64,000 nucleotides of DNA from Giardia intestinalis (taxonomy: Eukaryota). Below are positions 56,909 through 64,000 of the stretch, in pieces (the stretch's first letter is position 1; the number at the start of each line of letters is the position of its first letter). The notes under the pieces were generated by a model, which was not told where the DNA came from, made no database searches, and worked only from the letters and a program-made list of their open reading frames with translations. Location: assembly GCA_000002435.2 (NCBI GenBank), contig CM018791.1. One strand, written 5' to 3'. The translations under genes and the position numbers were made by a program.

Positions 56909-59287
56909 CTATCGTTTGACATTTCTCCGGAAGCTCAGTTTGGTAGTCTGCGACTCCGCCTTGGGGATCTCTTTAGAGACCTGGGAGACGACCTCAAGTG
57001 GTGTACCAATTGCTAGCCATCTGTTGAGTTTGATCATGCGCTCACTAACTTCTGTACAGCAAATGGCAGTGGCTTTGTTGGCTATTATAATGCTGTGGTT
57101 GTACACTAAGAAATTACTCGTGGTGCCTGTACATGAGGACTTGCCAGAAGGATTCACAATAGCTCCAGAGAAGAGTGTGCGAAAGCCGCTGCTGGTACGT
57201 TGAGCAACTGTCATGTGACTCGTCAGTGCAAGGCATAGTTTGATAATGTCCCCGGTCTCCGCAGCCAGGGACGTGTCGGACATAAGGTCTGGAAGCTGCA
57301 CGTATGAGCGTAGAAACTCAAATAGGGTATCTTTATGGAGCTTGAGGATCTTGTCCAAGACATCCTCCAGTTGACGAGCAACCTGATTAGCCTGGTGGTA
57401 GCTCTGGGAAGCCATACCTGTCTTTGGCAGTGGACCCACTAGAGCATATAGGAGAGAAAGGTGATCTGACCCCTGACAAAGAAGTGGCGCGCTGCTGGCA
57501 CCTAGCAAATCATCCCAGCCAACCTCAAGGCCTGCAGCAATCAGACAGGCCTCTCTCTGAACACCGTAATAGTATGCAACCATTAAGAAGAGCGCAGTCC
57601 TGGGAGAAACAGGTAACAGCGTGGCAGCAAGACCAGCTACCGAAATGCACAGTGTTGGTTTATGTGTAACTGAAGATGACCTGGCCGTCGTCAAGAGGTA
57701 AGTATAGTACAGTATCTGCTTAGTTAATGAGAGCTTAGCAGAGTCTACTAGATCAAGTAGATCGGTAGTCTCGAGACAGAATGAAAACGATGGAAAAGAC
57801 TCCTTGAATCGCTGCGAAAACGACTGCAGCATCAGATATATGTGATCTATGGGCTCGAACTGGAGCGATGAATGTGGATTGATAAGCATCTCGTTCTCAG
57901 CGACATACTTTGGATAGAGGAAGATGCATGTGCCGTGCTGAGTGCGCCCAACACGCCCTCTCCGCTGCATGTGCGATGACATGGTGATGGGTACAACCAC
58001 CAATACGCTTGTGCTGTGCTCAGGAAGATACACCATCCGCTTTTGAAGGCCCGAGTCAATCACATACCTGATTCCAGGGATTGTCACGGAGGTTTCTGCT
58101 ACATTGGTGGCCAAGATGATCCTTCGCCTGCCAGTAATTGGGCTGAAAGGATACATAGCTTGCTGAGCAGGGATTTTGGAGTGGAATGGGATGACTACCC
58201 ATGGCCTCCCACCCTGCTTTCCAGCCCCTAACACTGACAGTCGCTCCCATAGAAGGGCAAGGCAAACTGCTATGTCATCTGCACCGGAAAGAAACACCAA
58301 GATTCCATCATCCAGGGAGGTATTAGTGGTATGCAAGGTGACAATCTCGTCAACAATCTGCAAAATGTAGTCCTCTCTGCATGGTTGGAAGGATACGTCT
58401 GTTGAATACTGTGGATTGTCTAGTGAGATGGATGTAGAGGCAGTGTATCGACGAACATATTGCAGCAGCTGGACCTCATCCAAGGTTGCAGACATCAAGA
58501 TCACATGTACCCTAGGGTTGTACCTGATCACACGAAGCACTATAGCTAGAAGTAGAATCTGGTTACTGGAGCGCTCGTGGATTTCGTCCAGAATAAGATA
58601 TGATACGTTTAGCAAACATGGGTCATCCAAGAGGTATTGCAGGGTGACACCATCCGTCTGGTAGATCAGCTTGGTCTCAGGCGTAACCGTTGATTGAAAT
58701 CGGACCGCGTATGCAACAGCCTGACGAAGATTGCCCGGTAAAGCTTGCTGCTGGTATCCTGCAAGACTGATAGCAGCCACTCTGCGTGGCTCAGAGACGA
58801 TGATCCTTCCTTGTGGCTCGGTACTAAGCAAGGCAGCTGGAATACAGGTTGACTTACCAGAGCCAGTCGCCCCCTTAACAAGAACCACTTGGTTGGAAGC
58901 CAGCGCTTTTTGCAATGACGCGAAGTAGGTCCAATCCTTACCCAGCTGTGGGCCGCAGGAAAGACTTTTAACGGCCCGCACAGAGGAGGAGAGCGTACTA
59001 TTCTTACAAAGGTCTGCCAAGAGTTGCATGTTCTTGCTATAATATCGCTGTACTTTCTCTCCAAGTGCTGAAGCGTGTTGGTCAACTACGGAGCGCGAGT
59101 GTATTGACCTTTTGAGGAGCACTGATCCTGGGTCACGTATCACTTGAAGGTCGAGGTTGTGCAGTGAAAGAGACGTGTGCTCTTCCTCAAAAAGCTCATG
59201 GTCACGAATGAACTGAACGCACGGCCTCATGAGTCTGTTAAATAAAACAGGATTTGGTGAGACATGGCTCGTCCACATACCGCTCAT
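56909..59287 (-). CDS. DEAH-box (DExH) ATP-dependent RNA helicase.
   Basis: Helicase motifs: I 'GATGSGKST', II 'LDEIHERS', III 'SAT', V 'TNVAETSVTIPGIRYVIDSG', VI 'QRRGRVGR'. ATG at 59287 confirmed. The alternative M20 at 59230 is discussed in the findings. The stop is 3 nt from the stop of the convergent gene 55217..56905. Confidence 0.9.
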   Translation of the reverse strand: MSGMWTSHVSPNPVLFNRLMRPCVQFIRDHELFEEEHTSLSLHNLDLQVIRDPGSVLLKRSIHSRSVVDQHASALGEKVQRYYSKNMQLLADLCKNSTLSSSVRAVKSLSCGPQLGKDWTYFASLQKALASNQVVLVKGATGSGKSTCIPAALLSTEPQGRIIVSEPRRVAAISLAGYQQQALPGNLRQAVAYAVRFQSTVTPETKLIYQTDGVTLQYLLDDPCLLNVSYLILDEIHERSSNQILLLAIVLRVIRYNPRVHVILMSATLDEVQLLQYVRRYTASTSISLDNPQYSTDVSFQPCREDYILQIVDEIVTLHTTNTSLDDGILVFLSGADDIAVCLALLWERLSVLGAGKQGGRPWVVIPFHSKIPAQQAMYPFSPITGRRRIILATNVAETSVTIPGIRYVIDSGLQKRMVYLPEHSTSVLVVVPITMSSHMQRRGRVGRTQHGTCIFLYPKYVAENEMLINPHSSLQFEPIDHIYLMLQSFSQRFKESFPSFSFCLETTDLLDLVDSAKLSLTKQILYYTYLLTTARSSSVTHKPTLCISVAGLAATLLPVSPRTALFLMVAYYYGVQREACLIAAGLEVGWDDLLGASSAPLLCQGSDHLSLLYALVGPLPKTGMASQSYHQANQVARQLEDVLDKILKLHKDTLFEFLRSYVQLPDLMSDTSLAAETGDIIKLCLALTSHMTVAQRTSSGFRTLFSGAIVNPSGKSSCTGTTSNFLVYNHSIIIANKATAICCTEVSERMIKLNRWLAIGTPLEVVSQVSKEIPKAESQTTKLSFRRNVKR

Positions 59288-61009
59288 CCATATGTCACAG
59301 AGCTGTGCAATGGGTCGTATATGTTGCTAGAGTCGCCCCAGCTCATAATAGGTAGAAATAGTGACAAAAGTAAGCCCTGGGAATTGGCCGACAATAGGCT
59401 TCTCTTGCCCTACCAGGAGCTGAGCCGGGCACATATCGGATTATCATATGATGGTCACAATCTCGAAATAACCAACCTTGGGCGCAACAGAATTGTCATT
59501 TTACTCCAAACTTGCGACAGCAATGGTGGCAACGGTGATAGTGAGGAAGCATGTCCCAGAAAACAGCTGATAATGGAGCCCAAAAACTCTCTGGAAAGGG
59601 TGTGCTCTCCCTGCATTCTTTCTATTCATCCACACTCGTTCAAAGATCACTATGGAACATACTATTATGGATGCCCTCTTTTTCCTCCTCTATGCATCGT
59701 TCCAATAGGTGGTATGGTCGCTCGTGCATTTCAGATGTTAGAAGAGATTGATACTTTGCTGTCCTCTTCGACTTTGCAATCCAATCAATCTACTTATCTA
59801 AATATTATTTTCAATCGGTACAGCCACTCAAAGTTGGTGCTAGCGGAATTTGTCGATTGCACGAATCCGCAGATTCTTGGGCCGTTGCTGGACGGAGCCA
59901 AGAAGTTGGTTGACTTAGAGCCATATTATACTACCCTCATCGATATAACTACTTGTCTCCACGAAGCAAGAAGTGTACACGGCCTTGAGCTCCCAATAGA
60001 CCTAGATATCTATAAGTTCGAGAAGCCACCATGCTTTCCAGAGCACCAGCATGCATATGAAAAGGTGTGCCCGCAAGAGTGTCACACACCCATAGAGTCT
60101 ATAGATCATGAGCAGCTCACCGAATTTACAGACTTCTTTTTAACAGATGTAACAATTCTTTCCATAAATGCCAATCTGCAAAGTCTATTTGAGACTACCC
60201 TACAATACACTACCCTACAAGCTCCCCCCAGTATTGATGTTCTTGAGTGGGCGATCACTGGCTTGACACCTGTCCTAGAAGATGGCCGGCTTTGCTGTCA
60301 CCCGGACATAGGTCGGTTAAAGTCCTATTACAGCAGACACAAGTACCTTCTAATAGTGTACGAAGGAACCGAATCTTCAACTTGGGTAGACGCCATTCTA
60401 GAACCTGAAGCAGAAAAGAATGTATTGTTTGCTCTGATAAGGAGCTCACTAGGCACGGAAAAGCCGGTCTATATTATGTCTAAGAAGCAGTTCTCTGGGT
60501 TTCTCTACTATCAGAATTCTGGGGATATATCATATTTCCCCTTTCCACCCTCACGGGCCTACAGATCCTCCTCTAGCACACCTCCCACTTTGGTAGCAGC
60601 AGCGACAGAATCTACAACTAAGGCGATTAGCTCCGATGCTGAAGCAAGTAAGGAGCCGTGTCTCCGGCAATCAACCTCTCCGAGCATTCCACAATGTGCA
60701 AAGGAAAATGAAGAAGTAATTGATATTTCTGACAGCGAAAGCTCACAGCCCAGCTCTGAGGCTAGGGAAGCAACACGTCCATCTGCATCACAACAACCAC
60801 CCCAGCTTCTGGACTTGCCGAATTTTAGTGAGCGCAGGGTAATAAAGGTGGATCTCCCCGTAATGAGGATTATCAACGGGTACGGCGTTGTGGATTGCGA
60901 CGACATTTCGATGTCTGTCTGGCGTGCGCTTGTAGATGCCCTTAATAGCGACGGTCCAGGACCGTGCCTTGCTCTCCGGTTGCATGAGGATGACGCTGGG
61001 CAGGCGTAG
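59264..61009 (+). CDS. FHA-domain-containing protein (putative).
   Basis: ATG at 59264 confirmed, preceded by 'gttaaataaaacagg'. The N-terminal 'IIGRNSDKSKPWELADNRLLLPYQELSRAHIGLSYDGHNLEITNLGRNRIVIL' fits the FHA consensus (GR...SR.HA...N.G). Acidic S-rich C-terminus. Confidence 0.6.
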   Translation: MARPHTAHPYVTELCNGSYMLLESPQLIIGRNSDKSKPWELADNRLLLPYQELSRAHIGLSYDGHNLEITNLGRNRIVILLQTCDSNGGNGDSEEACPRKQLIMEPKNSLERVCSPCILSIHPHSFKDHYGTYYYGCPLFPPLCIVPIGGMVARAFQMLEEIDTLLSSSTLQSNQSTYLNIIFNRYSHSKLVLAEFVDCTNPQILGPLLDGAKKLVDLEPYYTTLIDITTCLHEARSVHGLELPIDLDIYKFEKPPCFPEHQHAYEKVCPQECHTPIESIDHEQLTEFTDFFLTDVTILSINANLQSLFETTLQYTTLQAPPSIDVLEWAITGLTPVLEDGRLCCHPDIGRLKSYYSRHKYLLIVYEGTESSTWVDAILEPEAEKNVLFALIRSSLGTEKPVYIMSKKQFSGFLYYQNSGDISYFPFPPSRAYRSSSSTPPTLVAAATESTTKAISSDAEASKEPCLRQSTSPSIPQCAKENEEVIDISDSESSQPSSEAREATRPSASQQPPQLLDLPNFSERRVIKVDLPVMRIINGYGVVDCDDISMSVWRALVDALNSDGPGPCLALRLHEDDAGQA

Positions 61010-61109
61010 TAGATCGGATAAACAAAAGTGTATTATTAGTTAGAGATGTCCAGGAGCGCAGATTTAGGCATAATTTCAGTTTAAATTGTCTGCGCAGATA
61101 AAGAAAGCC

Positions 61110-61484
61110 ATGAGCACCAAGCCCGTCAAGGACAACAGCAAGATGAAGAGCAGGTCCGCGCGCGCGGGGATCTCGTTCCCGATCGGGCGCATCCACCGTC
61201 ACCTGCGCGAGGGTCGCTACGCAGAGCGCATCTCGTCCGACGCGCCCGTCTACCTCGCGGCCGTCCTCGAGAACGTCGTCGCAGAGGTCTTCCGGGAGGC
61301 GTGCAACCACCGCGACAAGAAGAGCCAGAAGCGCATCGTCCCCAACCACATCCTGACTGCCCTCCGCAAGGACAAGGAGCTCGCGACCATCTTCGCCAAC
61401 GTCACAATCCGCGAGGGAGGCGTCGCCCGCTCCGCGAAGGAGGGAAGAGAGGGCAAGGGCTCCCATCGGTCGCAGGATCTTTGA
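61110..61484 (+). CDS. H2A: Histone H2A.
   Basis: The ORF-track start at 61086 is a TTG. The ATG is at 61110 ('[105 protein letters not shown]'). This matches the H2A fold (human '[89 protein letters not shown]'). Codon usage is strongly GC3-biased. Confidence 0.93.
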   Translation: [124 protein letters not shown]

Positions 61485-61747
61485 GTGTCTGTCTGTGAGT
61501 GTCTGTGAACTTATGATGTCTTTTTGTTGGTTGTGGCGCCGTAAGAGTGAGTTCTCGTTCTGACTGACTGGTATCTCGCTTGTAACAGCCGGCCCTCGGC
61601 TCAGCTCATTCCCCGTTCTATTTCAACACTCTCCATAGCATTTTGGATTGTAGCATTTCTAGGACAAAGTTCTAGGATAGCCGACATTCTATGTAAACGC
61701 CGACGTTGAGATTACAAGGGAAAGTATAAAGCCCATTTACTTTTGCC

Positions 61748-63958
61748 TCATGCGGGGTCAATATTTAGTAGAGTCTTGATTGTTTTTACGCACACCCAAT
61801 CCTCTTTTGTAAGGTCGTCGCGGTAATACTTCTTTAAGATATCAATACTTTTTCTATTCATAGCAGTGTACAGAGTCGGTGTGTCCTCCTTGCTGAATGT
61901 CCGCCCATAGGCGGTGGAGGAGTCAGCGGTCTCGATTCTGATGGCAACTTCGGTGCCTGCCTTTGCCATAGGATGGCTCTTATTATCTTTCTGAATGCTT
62001 TCCACCTTTCCTAGAAGCTTTCCTGTTGGGAAGCAGATTGGCTGCTGTGGATGAAGAGACCCTTTATCGATTCGCACCCCAATAATGAGAGGATCTTTGT
62101 GATGAAAGCAGTCTAGGATGGTCATTATGCATGGAAAGACGGTCTCCGATTTGAGCGCCTCCCGTCTCTCAAGCTTGTACTGCTTCAAGTGTTCGACAAA
62201 CATGTCATAGAGATGATAAATGATGTCCGCCCTGAAAATCTTCACCTTGTTAATCTTTGCATAGTCCTCTGTCGCTTTGTCTACTTCAATATCAAAGGCC
62301 AAGATGCAAGCATACTCTGGATTTGTACGCTCAAGCTGGAGGGCCGCCTCTTGAATAGTGTTCTTGGAGATCGGGCCTATAGCACACCCTGCGAGCGGCA
62401 CCTTTGTCTTTTCCGAACTTAGGTACGTGATGAGTGCTTCCATAGACCCCAAGGATGATGCGTTAAGATAGATGCCCACGTTAGAAAACTTGAATTGCTT
62501 TGCCATGTCATGTATATCTGCCATAACGCACTCCTTAAGGTCCTCAAGGTTATCTCCAGGATCCTCTCGCAGTACAGTGCTCCCAGGAATGGCAGTTTCA
62601 AGATCTGTCGCATAAATCTTGAATCCAATCGAAGCGCGCAGCTTATCATTACGCTTGTAATTGGCGGTTCCCTTTTCGCGGATCTCACGAGCTTCTTGGG
62701 GAGTAAGAAGCTCTCTAATCTTGGTAACAATGGGTCCATTTAGCCCAGCCAAAACGATCGTGTCGCCTCTGTGCAACTCTCCGTTGACAAGGATGCAATC
62801 GATTGTGTACCCAAAGCCATCCTCTTTTCTGAGCTCCAGGACTGTGCACTGCATCTTCTCTTCTCCGCTATCACTGTAATGTACAGCAATCTTATCTTCC
62901 ATTAATAGCTGAGTGAATCCAACAAGGACGGCGAGTAGGTCAGGGACCCCTTCCTCGGTGAATGCGCTCGTGGGGACAACGGGTATAACCCTCTTGAGGT
63001 CAGCGATATTCCACCAGAGATCCACGTCAAGTTCGAGCTCAGCAAACTGGTTTCTAACGTCCAGATACTTCTTTTCAAAGTCGTCCAACGTTGCTTTGTC
63101 CTGCTTGCACGGGTTGTCCTTTACCACCCCCGCACTTGTCATCTCAGGACCACTGCCCATGGTTCCCTCTAGCGCACGCTTGGAAGAGCGTCCCTGGACA
63201 GACTTCCAATTGTATAACCTGTCAATCTTGTTCAGCGCAACGATGAACGGGCAATTCCGCGCTCTAAGCAGATTAATGCTCTCTATTGTTTGTCGCTCTA
63301 GCCCATGCATGAGGTCGACCACGAGGATGGCGATATCTGCAAGGCTGCTGCCACGGCTCCTCAGATTGGCAAACGACTCGTGCCCAGGCGTGTCGACAAT
63401 CAAAAGGCCTGGTATTTTGTACTTCACTTTCATGGGGAACTCCTTTGTCCGCTCACTGAGATACTCGTAAGAGAAGAATGTGCTGCCGATCTGCTGTGTT
63501 ATACCACCGACTTCTTTTCCTTGTATGTTCGTAGATCTGATTTTATCGAGCAGAGATGTCTTTCCTGTGTCGACGTGTCCCAGAATCGCGCAGATCGGGC
63601 TTCTGAGATTCTCCTGGATCTTATCGGCACGCATCTTAGCATGGTAATCTAGCTCCTGCTGCCGGCTAAGCTCCGCCAACTTCTGCGTATGCGTCACTTT
63701 GGCCTTTGCTTTTGAAGAAGCTGTATGCTTACTATTGTCTATTTCAAAACTGGAGTCACTGTCCGCATCATCCTCCCACGAGCGTTTGGCAGCCTTGGAG
63801 ACTTCCTCTGCAGCCTGCTGCACACTTTCCTGCTCCTTTGCTCTTTGTTCCGCTCGAATCTGCTCCTGCTTTAACTTCCGCTCCTCTTCTTCCTGGCGAG
63901 ACTCTGCTATTCGGGCACGCAGCATGTCCATCGCCTCTCTGCGCTCCTCCTCGCTCAT
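61748..63958 (-). CDS. EIF5B: Eukaryotic translation initiation factor 5B (eIF5B/IF2-type GTPase).
   Basis: G domain: 'ICAILGHVDTGKTSLLDKIR' (G1), 'DTPGHESF' (G3), 'NKIDR' (G4). K/E-rich N-terminal region. The ORF-track start at 63982 is a TTG. The first ATG is at 63958 ('MSEEERREAMDM'). The frame may continue beyond the window end, so the feature may be 5'-partial. Confidence 0.88.
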   Translation of the reverse strand: MSEEERREAMDMLRARIAESRQEEEERKLKQEQIRAEQRAKEQESVQQAAEEVSKAAKRSWEDDADSDSSFEIDNSKHTASSKAKAKVTHTQKLAELSRQQELDYHAKMRADKIQENLRSPICAILGHVDTGKTSLLDKIRSTNIQGKEVGGITQQIGSTFFSYEYLSERTKEFPMKVKYKIPGLLIVDTPGHESFANLRSRGSSLADIAILVVDLMHGLERQTIESINLLRARNCPFIVALNKIDRLYNWKSVQGRSSKRALEGTMGSGPEMTSAGVVKDNPCKQDKATLDDFEKKYLDVRNQFAELELDVDLWWNIADLKRVIPVVPTSAFTEEGVPDLLAVLVGFTQLLMEDKIAVHYSDSGEEKMQCTVLELRKEDGFGYTIDCILVNGELHRGDTIVLAGLNGPIVTKIRELLTPQEAREIREKGTANYKRNDKLRASIGFKIYATDLETAIPGSTVLREDPGDNLEDLKECVMADIHDMAKQFKFSNVGIYLNASSLGSMEALITYLSSEKTKVPLAGCAIGPISKNTIQEAALQLERTNPEYACILAFDIEVDKATEDYAKINKVKIFRADIIYHLYDMFVEHLKQYKLERREALKSETVFPCIMTILDCFHHKDPLIIGVRIDKGSLHPQQPICFPTGKLLGKVESIQKDNKSHPMAKAGTEVAIRIETADSSTAYGRTFSKEDTPTLYTAMNRKSIDILKKYYRDDLTKEDWVCVKTIKTLLNIDPA

Positions 63959-64000
63959 GGAGTTAAAGTCTATTCCCAACAAACCTGGCCCACCGGCGGC

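Overview
This window is eukaryotic and looks like a Giardia (diplomonad) chromosome segment. The evidence is cysteine-rich CXXC/GGCY surface-protein ORFs ending in a transmembrane helix plus the invariant CRGKA tail, AGTRAAY polyadenylation motifs at or just after stop codons, very short AT-rich intergenic promoters, no introns, and GC near 50%.

Positions 1-12660 hold a head-to-tail tandem array of seven VSP (variant-specific surface protein) units. The first is cut by the window edge. Unit lengths are 1.8-1.95 kb, with a 7.58-kb higher-order repeat.

None of the units has an in-frame ATG start or a signal peptide. The ORF track's 'M' starts are GTG codons, or internal ATGs inside the GGCY motif. 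Every unit is separated from the next by GTGATA-type microsatellites that place TGA/TAG stops in other frames. The units are visibly mosaic: unit 7 is the 5' half of unit 4 fused to the 3' half of unit 3. The array therefore looks like silent, promoter-less VSP cassettes that recombine with each other.

A 3.9-kb GC-rich region with no convincing ORF (12.66-16.54 kb) separates the array from a densely packed housekeeping region. That region carries:
- a Myb-like protein
- a TOG-domain (XMAP215-like) protein
- two type I membrane proteins
- several large hypothetical proteins
- a TPR+J-domain co-chaperone
- CCT zeta
- a long coiled-coil protein
- a kinesin
- an OST48/Wbp1-like membrane protein
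- a DEAH-box helicase
- an FHA-domain protein
- histone H2A
- eIF5B

Several ORF-track starts are non-ATG artefacts (GTG/TTG/CTG) and are corrected below. No rRNA, tRNA or CRISPR was recognised.
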